From: Chlorobiota bacterium
GTDB lineage: Bacteria; Bacteroidota; Bacteroidia; Bacteroidales; F082
NCBI GenBank assembly: GCA_013151215.1
Contig: JAADIS010000129.1
Span: 571-64,570, forward strand
DNA length: 64,000 nt
Direction: 5' to 3'
Part shown: positions 34,800-44,526 of the stretch, piece by piece
Position numbering within the stretch: the stretch's first letter is position 1
Layout: each line of letters begins with the position of its first letter
Notes under the pieces: model-generated
The model's input: only the letters and a program-made list of their open reading frames with translations
Database searches by the model: none
What the model was told of the DNA's origin: nothing
Translations under genes and position numbers: made by a program

Positions 34800-36137
34800 A
34801 TGAAAATGCTTAAGAACAATATCTTTTTTAAGATAGGTATTATTGCCTTTATTGCACTGCTCTTGCTCATCCCAACGGGAATGATAAAAAACTTGATCAG
34901 GGAAAGGGAAGCCACGCAAAGGGAGGCCATAAGGGAGGTGAGCTCGAAATGGGCTGGGGAACAAACGCTTTCTGGGCCTTTTGTGACCATTCCGTATTAT
35001 AAATACGTAAAACGGTATTCCGAAAAAGACTCTGTCAATAAAATTGTCAAGGTAAGGGATTATTTGCATTTTTTACCTTCGCAACTGAACATAAACGGCG
35101 AAATAGTTCCCGAAACCAGGCATAGGGGAATTTACGAAATAGTTGTATATAACTCCGAGCTTAAAATCTCCGGGTCGTTTAACAACATAAACCTCAGCGG
35201 ATTAGATATCCCCTTAAAGGATATACAATTTGACAGGGCAAGCATATCATTGGGTATAAGTGATTTGCGGGGTGTCGAAAACCAAATAGTCTTGAACTGG
35301 AATCAGGACCAAAACTTGTTTAACCCCGGAACTATCAGTCGTGATATTATCGAAAAAGGCATAAACGCGCCCATTTCCGTTTCAGAAAACGACAGCCTCG
35401 TTTATGATTTCACTATGAAGCTTGATTTAAAAGGCAGTCAGAAACTTTATTTTATCCCTGTGGGAAAAGTAACTGATATTACGATTAAATCTGATTGGAA
35501 CAACCCCAGTTTTAACGGGGCTTTCCTGCCCGACACAAGTATTGTTGACAATTCGGGCTTCAGGGCAAACTGGAACATCCTTCACCTCAACAGGAACTTC
35601 CCCCAGCAATGGATAGGTATAAACCGAAATATCGGCTCGGCAGCATTCGGGATAAACCTCTTGCTTCCGGTTGATAGTTATCAAAAATCCACCCGTTCGA
35701 TAAAATATGCTATTCTTTTCATTGCTTTCACTTTTATGGTTTTCTTCTTTGTCGAAGTGTTGAATAAAGTTTTCATACATCCGGTTCAATATATCTTGGT
35801 TGGGCTTGCCCTTGTTGTATTCTATACCTTGTTATTGTCGATATCGGAATATCTCATGTTCAACTGGGCATTTGTTGTTTCGGCCATTGCCACCCTGCTA
35901 TTGATAATAGGATATATTAAAGCTATTTTAAAGTCGAATATGGTAACATTTTTAATCGGCAGTATATTAACAATACTTTATACGTTTATTTTTGTGATTA
36001 TTCAACTACAGGATTATGCGCTGCTGATCGGAAGCATCGGTATATTTTTGATACTTGCGCTGCTAATGTATTTTTCCAGAAAGATTGACTGGTACAATAT
36101 AAATATGGATGACGAAAAATCACTGGATAAATCATGA
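34800..36137 (+). CDS. creD: Cell envelope integrity inner-membrane protein CreD
   Basis: ATG 34800 gives MKMLKNNIFFKIGIIAFIALLLLIP. The blocks IREREATQREAIREVSSKWAGEQTLSGPFVTIPY and a C-terminal bundle of 5 TM helices are as in CreD. Confidence 0.85.
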   Translation: MKMLKNNIFFKIGIIAFIALLLLIPTGMIKNLIREREATQREAIREVSSKWAGEQTLSGPFVTIPYYKYVKRYSEKDSVNKIVKVRDYLHFLPSQLNINGEIVPETRHRGIYEIVVYNSELKISGSFNNINLSGLDIPLKDIQFDRASISLGISDLRGVENQIVLNWNQDQNLFNPGTISRDIIEKGINAPISVSENDSLVYDFTMKLDLKGSQKLYFIPVGKVTDITIKSDWNNPSFNGAFLPDTSIVDNSGFRANWNILHLNRNFPQQWIGINRNIGSAAFGINLLLPVDSYQKSTRSIKYAILFIAFTFMVFFFVEVLNKVFIHPVQYILVGLALVVFYTLLLSISEYLMFNWAFVVSAIATLLLIIGYIKAILKSNMVTFLIGSILTILYTFIFVIIQLQDYALLIGSIGIFLILALLMYFSRKIDWYNINMDDEKSLDKS

Positions 36138-36153
36138 AGATAAAATAAAGACA

Positions 36154-36195
36154 TAAAAAAAGCCTGTTTCCCCGAATCGGGAAACAGGCTTTTTA
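36154..36195. terminator. Bidirectional rho-independent terminator
   Basis: 12-bp perfect stem agcctgtttccc/gggaaacaggct with a 6-nt loop. It is flanked by A7 on the left and T5 on the right, between convergent genes. Confidence 0.85.
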
Positions 36196-36209
36196 CTCTT
36201 AAGAAAATA

Positions 36210-38222
36210 CTATAAAACTATAATCTTTTTATTGACAGTTTGATTATCTTCCAAACGTATATTTATAAAATATACGCCTCTCTTCAATTTGCTAATATCC
36301 AGGTTTCCGCCACGGAAGCCGTTTTTTTGCAGAACTACTTGTCCTGACGAAGAAACCACCCTTACATCGGCGGCAGTAAAACCGCTAAGCATCAATTCGT
36401 CTTTGGCAGGATTGGGATATACTTTAACGTTTGATGCGTTTATTTCCTCTTTTCCAACATAATCGATATAATAATTAACTTTATATGTTTTTGTTGTTAT
36501 GAGATCCTCGGCATAAACATCGACTGTTGCGGTACCCGGAACGGCAAATGCCATATTTGTAACTATGGTAGCGTTTTCATCCATGGGAACACTGCCCAGA
36601 ACAGGTTCTTCAACGGTTCCTTCGGGAAGCTCAACGGTATATTCATAAATATCGGGGTCGAAACCTTCTATTTCAACGCCATCGAGAGTTAATGAAGCAA
36701 GTCGGGCTTCGTTTGAGAAAACAGTTCCGTCGAGGCCGTAAGCCGCCTGGTAAACCTGTTTGGTGGCAGGGTCCTGAATGAACACCACGACCATTAAATC
36801 ATCAAACTCCTCAACATTGGTTGTTGCCAAATCATAAGAAAACGTAAACTGCTCCGGAACACCGCTTGTAAACGATTTGCTGGCCCCGTTTCCGTTGGGG
36901 AACATCTTCATCATCACGTGCTCAAACGATGTTTCCCCGTTAGTGCCTACGTTACCTGTTGTGATTTTCTCGATAACCACATTATGAACTTTCATGGATG
37001 AGGTGTTCGCAAACGAAAGAATGTTGGTGGTAATATCGATATTGGTTCCCGTCATAGTGAAAGTAGATGCGATATCAAAGGTTGTCGTCATTTGTTGCGC
37101 CTGAGCCAAAACAGCATCGGCAGCAGCCGTTGAAGTATTGATGTTGGTTCCCATGCCTATTAGGTCAGGAACGGCATTAATGCCATAATAAGCCCTACGG
37201 GTACCACCTTCGGCAGTATAATATGGATCGCCGGCGCCAGGCCAGTTCATCTGGTATTTCAAAAGGACTATTTCGTCGGCATGGGTGTTGCACCAGGGGA
37301 CGAATTGTGCGTTAAAGCTGGCACAAGGAGCACAAGTGGAACTTGTAAACTCTTCAAACAAAGGCATAACAGGATATGAAACTGATTGATATTCGATAGT
37401 TTTAACGAGAGTGTCATTGGTTTGGTCGTTATCATTCGTTCCATTTACACTGTTGATGTACATTTGTAGGTCGTGGCTGCCCATTGGGGATGCCCACGAA
37501 CCTGTGAAGTTGAGTGTTGCGGTCTCCGAGAAACCAAGGTTTAATCCGCTAAAAGTAGAATCGTGCTCAATTCCACCATAAGAAATCCAGCTTACGTCAA
37601 TATCATTAACAACTTCGTTGCCCAGGTTAAGAACCGAAGCAACAACAGGTGCCGGATTTGATATAACGCTGGGTATCATTATGGATGACAGTTTAGCGTC
37701 GAACACCTTTGGCGCAAAGAAAAGGACGTCGTCGATATTCCATTTGCTCACGTTCGAGAGGTTGCCTTCGATATAAAAACACAATTGGAAATATGAGCCC
37801 GTGATCTCGTCACCGGTAAGCAAGATGCTTACTTCCTCGGCAAGAATATCATCGGCAGGGGTTTTTTCCCAAATACTAACCCAATCGCCGCCATTTCTGC
37901 TCGCGACACCAATGGTAACACCACTTCCCGATTTAACATAACTATGTTTAAAAACAAAAGCTGCTGTATCGGTAGAGTTCATGTTTACCGAAGGTGTTAT
38001 CAGCCTGGCCGTTCCGGTATAATTGAAACCCTCGAACACGCATTCGGGCGATATTCCACCGGCATCTGCGGTCGGGTTATTGTTCCATCCGGAAGTCAGG
38101 GGCAGTTGGTTCCACCCGTCGGGCGGCATAGTCCCCGCGCTGAAGTCCTCGTTGATAAAAGTTTGTGCGTTAATTAAACCCACAAGCAAAACACCTAATA
38201 ATAAAAAGGATAATTTTTTCAT
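36210..38222 (-). CDS. T9SS-secreted multidomain protein (choice-of-anchor-J-like N-domain, thioredoxin-like CxxC module, cadherin-like beta-sandwich, type-A CTD)
   Basis: 670 aa with a signal peptide. Domains read by eye are FINEDFSAGTMPPDGWNQ, then FEEFTSSTCAPCASFNAQFVPW, then ARLASLTLDGVEIEGFDPDIYEYTVELPEG. The C-terminus is VKVYPNPAKDELMLS...GVYFINIRL...KKIIVL. Confidence 0.8.
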   Translation of the reverse strand: MKKLSFLLLGVLLVGLINAQTFINEDFSAGTMPPDGWNQLPLTSGWNNNPTADAGGISPECVFEGFNYTGTARLITPSVNMNSTDTAAFVFKHSYVKSGSGVTIGVASRNGGDWVSIWEKTPADDILAEEVSILLTGDEITGSYFQLCFYIEGNLSNVSKWNIDDVLFFAPKVFDAKLSSIMIPSVISNPAPVVASVLNLGNEVVNDIDVSWISYGGIEHDSTFSGLNLGFSETATLNFTGSWASPMGSHDLQMYINSVNGTNDNDQTNDTLVKTIEYQSVSYPVMPLFEEFTSSTCAPCASFNAQFVPWCNTHADEIVLLKYQMNWPGAGDPYYTAEGGTRRAYYGINAVPDLIGMGTNINTSTAAADAVLAQAQQMTTTFDIASTFTMTGTNIDITTNILSFANTSSMKVHNVVIEKITTGNVGTNGETSFEHVMMKMFPNGNGASKSFTSGVPEQFTFSYDLATTNVEEFDDLMVVVFIQDPATKQVYQAAYGLDGTVFSNEARLASLTLDGVEIEGFDPDIYEYTVELPEGTVEEPVLGSVPMDENATIVTNMAFAVPGTATVDVYAEDLITTKTYKVNYYIDYVGKEEINASNVKVYPNPAKDELMLSGFTAADVRVVSSSGQVVLQKNGFRGGNLDISKLKRGVYFINIRLEDNQTVNKKIIVL

Positions 38223-38282
38223 AGCATGAAGTTTATAAATTTACAATCAAAAGTATTATTGACAAAGTTACTACAGAAAGTA

Positions 38283-41200
38283 TTATTTGGCAATAAGTTT
38301 TTTGTTAATTAAACCGTTTTCGTTCCTGATAATCAATTGATAAACGCCTTTGGCATAGGAACTAATGTCGATTTTTATCATTGTTTCAGATGATAACATC
38401 AAATTTTCCTTCCTATAAACAATACTTCCATCGGTGCTGACAACAATTAGCTCAACTTGGCTGCTTTCGCTGGAATTTATTTTAATATTATAAATCCCGT
38501 TCGACGGGTTGGGATAAACGCTCAAATCGGTCTTATCGGCAAGTTCGTTTATACCTGTACAATCCACAAATTCAAGAGATATTGCATCAGAGCCGACACA
38601 TCCGTTTTCGTTGGTTACCTCAACTGACAATTCGCGCACACCATACCCAAAGCCTGTTGTGTCAACATTTATTGTTTGGGTCTCCTCACCCGTTGACCAC
38701 AAATAAGCAGAACCGGTATTTCCGGCATCGAGCGTCCATACGATGTCGGGGCAGAAAGTTGTGTCAGCGCCCAAAGTTACGGCCGGCAGGTTGTAAACCA
38801 TTAAATAAACCGAATCCATTGCGCTTACGCCTGAGGTGTCGGCTACATTAACAAAATACCATGTATCAACATCCGGCGCGACCGTAACCTCCGCGTCTGT
38901 TGAACTAAAACCCTCCGGGACCGAGGTCCATTCATAAGTAAGGCTGTCCTGAACACCATAAACATTTGTCAGTATTGTGGCTTCGCTACCCATGCAAACA
39001 GCATCGGAACCAGCTTCGGCCTCAACAAGCATACTGCTTATAAGCAAACTAATATCAACTTCGACTTCATTAGCTAAAGGGTCGTTTGAAGAAAACAATG
39101 CTGTTGCCGAATAAAATCCCGCATCCATGTCGTGGGAGTCGAAGATAACATCGATGACCGTAGTATCGCCCGGTTGAATAACCCCAACGGTAGGGTTCAT
39201 ATCCAACCAACCCCGAACATTAATTGTATAATCCTCAACCTCACCATATTGTGTGTTTCCGCAGGCAAACAATTCGCCGGTATAGCGAATTCGCACCCTC
39301 ATTCTTGTTTCACCTGTTTTTGCTCCTACGGGAGGAACGATTTCGGCAAGATAAGGTCCCGATCCCGGGCTTCCGGTAAATACGATCGGGTCTTCATCGA
39401 ATTCGCCGTTTTGATCCCAGTCGATCCATGCCCCGCATTGGTCGGCAGCATACGGATTTCCATTGGTAACTGTCATGCTATACGAACCGCCGATTTCAAC
39501 TGTTGTGCTTTGATCTGTATAATCCCCGTAATAATTACTGAGGCTTTCGTTGCTGATATCACCAAGCTCAACTTTGCTGATATATTCATCGCCACCGCCA
39601 ATGGCGTCGCAATAAGCCAAAACATCGCTTTTGACCTGCATAAAGGCAGTAATGTCGTAAACAAGTTCCAATTGGCCTGTATTAACAACAGTTATTTGTT
39701 TTGTTGAAGAAGTGTCCACAACAAGATGTTCGCTGATTTCCAAAGGACTAACGCTAATATGGGCGTCGCCCCACTGGACACTTGTTCCTGTTGCGCCCGA
39801 TTCCATGTCTTCGGTATATGTGGCTGTTACCTGATATTCGTAAACGCCATAATCAGGAAGCATATCCGTATAAGTCAGGTCGGTTGTTTGGGCAATAAGC
39901 TCACCGTCGCGGTAAATATTAAAACCAAGGAAATTCTCGCCTACCTCATAAGTCCAGGTCAAATCGCAAGCTCCGGTTTCAAAAGTTACCACACCTAATA
40001 AATCGGCGGGCCTGTTAAGCGGGTTGGTCTGATAAGGTGAGCAATAAGTCATGGCCGTACCGCTACGGTTGTCGGTCCATACCGGATAAACCCATCCGCC
40101 CTGGGCATAAATGCCAAGGTAATCGCCAAAATATCCGCCGGCAAGACCTGGGATGGCCGAAGGCGTGAACGATACATCACTGACTTTAAAGTCTTCCCAT
40201 GTTGCGCCACCGTCGGTTGAGTTTGCACAAAAGGCTTCTGCCTGATTGCTGCTTACGTTTCTGTCGTCGTAAAACACAACTGATAAGGCACCGTTTGTGG
40301 CATCGCAAGTTATCCAGGGAAAATAATGTTGTTTGCCCAAACCTGCTTCGTCCTGATTAACTTTTATAGGGCTTGACCATGTAGTGCCCTGATCTGATGA
40401 TTTAATAACATAAACATCTATGTCGCTACCGGTGTTTGTTCCCGGGGTTCCAACATTTGCCCATGTAATATAAATGGCACCCCTGTCGGGGCCGTTGCTG
40501 TTGTCAACAGCACAAACAGGGAATGAGTTTACGCGCATATTCTTGCTGGTTTCCGTATTTCGGATACCTCTAATATTTTCTATTGCCCTGAAAGCCGGCA
40601 GCCATGTGGCACCACCGTCAAGTGATTTTGCCATGCCTATTGCCGTTTCGTCTGTCGGCCATCCATCATAAATTGCCCAAATTGCATAAACTTCGCCATT
40701 GGGCCCGGTTCCTATGTTAACACCTTGATTATGGCTTCCTGCATTAACTGCGCCACTAATATTATTGTTTGTTGCCCAGTTGTCGCCATCGTCTGACGAA
40801 ACGCTTATTGCTATCTCGGTATCGCTTCCGCCCCCGAAATTCGTCCATGCAACATAAAGGTTTCCTTCGTAAGGGCTGCTAGTGCTGTTGTCTATCCACA
40901 TGTGGTTCTTGTCGGCCAGGCTGCCCGGGTTTGGAGCCACGGTAACCGATGTCCATGAAGATCCCTGGTCGTCGCTATAGGAAATCCCCATGCCGCCGGG
41001 ATTGTCTATATAGTTAACATACCATCTTCCGTTTAATCCAATTGCAGTAGTCGGGTCGCCGGAATTGCTTCCTCCGGCTCCCTGAACTTCTCCTTCCCAT
41101 GACTCGGCAGCATTGAAAGAATACAGATCGTTGGCGCCATAAAGACTGCCAACGGGGTTTTGTGTCGAGTTGTTGGAGTTTAAAACAACATCGGAGCTTG

Positions 41201-41519
41201 CCGGATCGACAAAAACAGAGTTCTCGCTTTGCGTCGAATTTATGTCTGTTACCGGAACATCGGGTGAGTCTTCGGTTAAAACACTATGAGCCTCTATTTT
41301 GCTTCCGGTAAAAATTCCTTGACTGACTTTAATTTCGGGATTGAAATCTATATAGCCTTTTTTGGCCATTTCAACCCAGTATTTTGAATTGTCGATACGA
41401 GTATCTACTTTATTGCGGATTTCACGCGCTGATTTTTGGCCATTGCTTATGGCCCAATTAACACTGAATCCAACAACGCCCAATACAAGTATTGTTAAAA
41501 AAAGTAACGATTTTTTCAT
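38283..41519 (-). CDS. T9SS-secreted protein: BNR/Asp-box sialidase-like propeller, GEVED domain, Ig-like repeats, type-A CTD
   Basis: The likely start is MKKSLLFLTILVL (41519). Asp-boxes are YSDDQGSSW, SSDDGDNW, SLDGGATW, SSDQGTTW and STDGGATW. It also has TQYGEVEDYTINV, and the C-terminus is LSVYPNPSNGIYNIK...GVYQLIIRN...KKLIAK. Confidence 0.8.
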   Translation of the reverse strand: MKKSLLFLTILVLGVVGFSVNWAISNGQKSAREIRNKVDTRIDNSKYWVEMAKKGYIDFNPEIKVSQGIFTGSKIEAHSVLTEDSPDVPVTDINSTQSENSVFVDPASSDVVLNSNNSTQNPVGSLYGANDLYSFNAAESWEGEVQGAGGSNSGDPTTAIGLNGRWYVNYIDNPGGMGISYSDDQGSSWTSVTVAPNPGSLADKNHMWIDNSTSSPYEGNLYVAWTNFGGGSDTEIAISVSSDDGDNWATNNNISGAVNAGSHNQGVNIGTGPNGEVYAIWAIYDGWPTDETAIGMAKSLDGGATWLPAFRAIENIRGIRNTETSKNMRVNSFPVCAVDNSNGPDRGAIYITWANVGTPGTNTGSDIDVYVIKSSDQGTTWSSPIKVNQDEAGLGKQHYFPWITCDATNGALSVVFYDDRNVSSNQAEAFCANSTDGGATWEDFKVSDVSFTPSAIPGLAGGYFGDYLGIYAQGGWVYPVWTDNRSGTAMTYCSPYQTNPLNRPADLLGVVTFETGACDLTWTYEVGENFLGFNIYRDGELIAQTTDLTYTDMLPDYGVYEYQVTATYTEDMESGATGTSVQWGDAHISVSPLEISEHLVVDTSSTKQITVVNTGQLELVYDITAFMQVKSDVLAYCDAIGGGDEYISKVELGDISNESLSNYYGDYTDQSTTVEIGGSYSMTVTNGNPYAADQCGAWIDWDQNGEFDEDPIVFTGSPGSGPYLAEIVPPVGAKTGETRMRVRIRYTGELFACGNTQYGEVEDYTINVRGWLDMNPTVGVIQPGDTTVIDVIFDSHDMDAGFYSATALFSSNDPLANEVEVDISLLISSMLVEAEAGSDAVCMGSEATILTNVYGVQDSLTYEWTSVPEGFSSTDAEVTVAPDVDTWYFVNVADTSGVSAMDSVYLMVYNLPAVTLGADTTFCPDIVWTLDAGNTGSAYLWSTGEETQTINVDTTGFGYGVRELSVEVTNENGCVGSDAISLEFVDCTGINELADKTDLSVYPNPSNGIYNIKINSSESSQVELIVVSTDGSIVYRKENLMLSSETMIKIDISSYAKGVYQLIIRNENGLINKKLIAK

Positions 41520-41824
41520 GATTTGATAATTAGTTTCCAATTAATTTTAAAAGTTTGCAATATAATAACATTTGTTTACACTTCCGCAGAAGTGGGATTG
41601 CTTGTTTATAACGAATTTTGTACTTATCAATACTTCTGACAATCTGTAACTTATATAGGTTGCTTAAATAATGTCGATTTTAATTCCCATGCTTTGGGGC
41701 AATGGCTTTAACAAAGGTGTGCCCAGTACTTTATTGGCAATTTATTATGCGAAGCATTTTTATAAGGAGTAATTCCCAGATATGGAAGCCTGCCGTTCAT
41801 GAACGCGAACACAGGCCAAAAGTG

Positions 41825-42415
41825 TTAAAAACAGCTGAGGACAAACCAATAAACAGTATTAAGCACAAGGCCCCAAACCAATAAGTAAACCAGCATCGAG
41901 GGTATAGTCCGTTTGCGATGACCATAATATTTCCGCAATAATACAGCCCCAATGGGTATTGACAACAAAACCGGGCTTGCTACTATTAAGCCCCACATGC
42001 CCCAGTCTCGACGGATGCGCACCATGCGTTTGTTGCGCTTTGTGAACTTTTTCTTGTTTTGCCTTTTAATCTCCCTCTTTTTTTTCCAGTTCCTGTAATA
42101 AAGGCGCGTTCTGTTTGAATCAACTTTTACTTCCCTGGGCTTAAAATGCCTAACATAAACCAAAAACAACTCAGTGGCGTAGTAAACCAATAAAAAACTT
42201 ATGCTTCCGCCTAGAATCAGCGCCAAATAGGAACTCCAGAAATCGAGGCCGATATTAAACGCATAAACGGGCGTAAAGAAAAACTTCAAGCCTGCGAAAA
42301 GCATAACATTTAAAAACTTTATCAAGTATGGCATCCGCTTATAAGCTAATCGGCAAAAGTATTTAATTAATTGTAATTGCGGATATGCTTTTTTTAGTAG
42401 CTTTATGGAATTCAA
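41825..42415 (-). CDS. Hypothetical polytopic membrane protein with a highly basic cytoplasmic loop
   Basis: 196 aa (possibly starting at Met28, 42334). Hydrophobic helices flank NWKKKREIKRQNKKKFTKRNKRMVRIRR. No family was recognised. Confidence 0.45.
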   Translation of the reverse strand: MNSIKLLKKAYPQLQLIKYFCRLAYKRMPYLIKFLNVMLFAGLKFFFTPVYAFNIGLDFWSSYLALILGGSISFLLVYYATELFLVYVRHFKPREVKVDSNRTRLYYRNWKKKREIKRQNKKKFTKRNKRMVRIRRDWGMWGLIVASPVLLSIPIGAVLLRKYYGHRKRTIPSMLVYLLVWGLVLNTVYWFVLSCF

Positions 42416-42498
42416 TAGTCAGTGCGGTTTTATCGTAAAGCCGCTAAGCTGCCACGTACTGATCACCAGGATAATGGTCATTTATCAAGTATTTTACA

Positions 42499-42506
42499 TA
42501 TATTTG
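42499..42506 (+). promoter_or_regulatory. Bacteroidota -7 promoter box (TAnnTTTG) upstream of the ECF sigma gene
   Basis: tatatttg lies 113 nt upstream of ATG 42619, within an inverted repeat TATCAA-N15-TTGATA. Confidence 0.3.
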
Positions 42507-42580
42507 ATAATGTGTGTGTTATAAAAACATTAGCAAAGTATTGAGAATTGGCGATAAACTATAAAAAAATTATTAAATAC

Positions 42581-42604
42581 AACTTTTTCAGCCTTTTGTA
42601 CGTC
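42581..42604 (+). promoter_or_regulatory. Possible ECF-type autoregulatory promoter (AAC-N17-CGTC)
   Basis: acAAC tttttcagccttttgta CGTCtg ends 14 nt before the sigma gene ATG. It resembles the generic ECF -35 AAC / -10 CGT(C) architecture, but this is only a pattern match. Confidence 0.2.
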
Positions 42605-42618
42605 TGAAATTTATAAGG

Positions 42619-43182
42619 ATGAACTTAACCGAAGAGGAATTAATAAGGCTTTGCAAAAACAATAACGCAAAAGCCCAGAAATTGCTGTTTAATAAATATT
42701 ACGGCCTTTTGCTGGGGATTTGCGTGCGCTATGGAAAAAGCAAGGCCGAGGCCGAGGACATATTGCAAACTGGGATGCTGAGGATTTTTAAACATATAGG
42801 TTCGTATTCGGGAAAGGGTTCTTTTGAGGGCTGGATGAAGCGTATCGTCGTTAACGTGGCTATCGATAATTTCAGAAAAAACAACAAGCATTATTATTAT
42901 TACGATATCGACGAACTGAACGGGGAGCCTTATCTTGTCTCCGACATACCCGATAATCTTGAAGTCAAGGATATTTTAAAGACCATACATCAATTGCCCC
43001 ATGGCTACCGTATGGTTTTCAACCTGTTTGCCATAGAGGGTTATTCGCATAAGGAAATTGCCCTTCGCATGGGGATTTCCGAAAACACTTCCAAGACACA
43101 ATTGCTTAAAGCAAGAAAAAGCCTTAGGAAAAAGCTTATGCGACTTAATAAATTACCACAACATAAGAAAGTTGAAATTTGA
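42619..43182 (+). CDS. ECF-type RNA polymerase sigma factor (sigma-70 regions 2 and 4)
   Basis: 187 aa. Region 2 is YYGLLLGICVRYGKSKAEAEDILQTGMLRIFKHI...FEGWMKRIVVNVAIDNFRK. Region 4 is LPHGYRMVFNLFAIEGYSHKEIALRMGISENTSKTQLLKARKSLRKKL. Confidence 0.9.
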   Translation: MNLTEEELIRLCKNNNAKAQKLLFNKYYGLLLGICVRYGKSKAEAEDILQTGMLRIFKHIGSYSGKGSFEGWMKRIVVNVAIDNFRKNNKHYYYYDIDELNGEPYLVSDIPDNLEVKDILKTIHQLPHGYRMVFNLFAIEGYSHKEIALRMGISENTSKTQLLKARKSLRKKLMRLNKLPQHKKVEI

Positions 43183-43185
43183 GAA

Positions 43186-44499
43186 ATGAAGGATAGTTTA
43201 AATTATATAGATAAATTTTACAGGGATAAGCTGGAGGGCTATACGGAAGAGCCGGAAGCAGATGCCTGGGGGAAAATGAAATGGCGGATTTTCTGGCTGC
43301 GATATAAATGGGTGTTCGCCTTTGGCGCCGGCTTGTTTTTGCTGACATTTATGTTCATCGCTTTTAATGCAAGCTACGATACGACAGAAAATACCGGACT
43401 TGCCGATAACTACCTTGGAAAACCTGAACTCTTGATTGCTTCCGGGGCCGGACCGAACACTTCGGTTAATTCAAAAGAAACTGCATCGCAGGCAACTGCA
43501 AACAACAACGAGACCCGTCTTGGCAACGAAATCGTTAAATCAAGCGCCAAAAGCCCCGGAGGGTCAGCGATAAGCGAAATGGCGCAAAAAGCATATTCAG
43601 CCGGGCAGGCTCCCATTGAAGAAAGCATAGTTCAAAAAAATGTGGTTTCTGAGGAAAGTTCTTTAATAAACGGACTTAGCAGCAACGACATAAATTATAG
43701 GCTTTCCGTTTTGCCCGACAGCCTGTTGATGGGATCAAACCGCAGGACGGATATTTTGCCCCCCGGCCTAAAAAACACTTGGTTTTCGGTAAATTTCTAC
43801 GCTGGCCCGGCTTATTGCATTTCTTCGCTTAGCGGAAACGATAATGAATATATTAATTTGAGAAACGATAATGAAACCAACAGCCCGGCATTTTCCCTTG
43901 GCGGCGATTTGCGCTTTCACTATAAAAACATCCTAATCACAACGGGCTTGGGTTATTCCGTTTACAATCAGAAAAGGCATTATAAAAAAAGTTATCAGGA
44001 ATATTCGCCCGAAGACAGTTATTATAAATATGACACTACTTGGGTTTGGGTTTACGACCCGCCCGATTTCGGGAAACCTGTAATATCGGGCATCGACAGT
44101 ACCTGGACAGATGTATATAAAACTATTGTCATCGACAATTCGGGGACCAACCGGCTTGAATATCTTGAAATACCGCTGACGTTGGGATATAGGTTCGATA
44201 AAAACCTCTTTTCCGTCGAGGTCAACGCCGGGGGGTCGGTAGGTTTTTTTGTTTATTCCAACTTCAGGGCGCCCTCGTTTTCGGATTATGAAGACATAGG
44301 CGATGCCGGACAAATAAACAAGGCCATGTTTAATATTATTGCCAACGCCTCGGTTTATTATCGTTTGAACAACAAAACCTCGATTTTTGTTTCTCCTTAT
44401 TATAAAGGGAACCTGAACTCTATTTTTCAGGACACATATCCGGTAAATCAAAAATTCAAGACTTTTGGTTTGAATTTTGGTGTTGACTTCAGGTTTTAA
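43186..44499 (+). CDS. Sigma-linked membrane protein: short cytoplasmic N-terminus, one TM helix, low-complexity linker, C-terminal OM beta-barrel-like domain (candidate anti-sigma partner)
   Basis: 437 aa, starting 3 nt after the sigma stop. The N-terminus is MKDSLNYIDKFYRDKLEGYTEEPEADAWGKMKW and the TM helix is WVFAFGAGLFLLTFMFIAF. A Ser/Ala/Asn-rich linker follows, then alternating-strand segments ending ...FKTFGLNFGVDFRF with an aromatic C-terminus. Confidence 0.65.
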   Translation: MKDSLNYIDKFYRDKLEGYTEEPEADAWGKMKWRIFWLRYKWVFAFGAGLFLLTFMFIAFNASYDTTENTGLADNYLGKPELLIASGAGPNTSVNSKETASQATANNNETRLGNEIVKSSAKSPGGSAISEMAQKAYSAGQAPIEESIVQKNVVSEESSLINGLSSNDINYRLSVLPDSLLMGSNRRTDILPPGLKNTWFSVNFYAGPAYCISSLSGNDNEYINLRNDNETNSPAFSLGGDLRFHYKNILITTGLGYSVYNQKRHYKKSYQEYSPEDSYYKYDTTWVWVYDPPDFGKPVISGIDSTWTDVYKTIVIDNSGTNRLEYLEIPLTLGYRFDKNLFSVEVNAGGSVGFFVYSNFRAPSFSDYEDIGDAGQINKAMFNIIANASVYYRLNNKTSIFVSPYYKGNLNSIFQDTYPVNQKFKTFGLNFGVDFRF

Positions 44500-44526
44500 T
44501 ATCAATTGTTCTCCATTTTATCGCTG

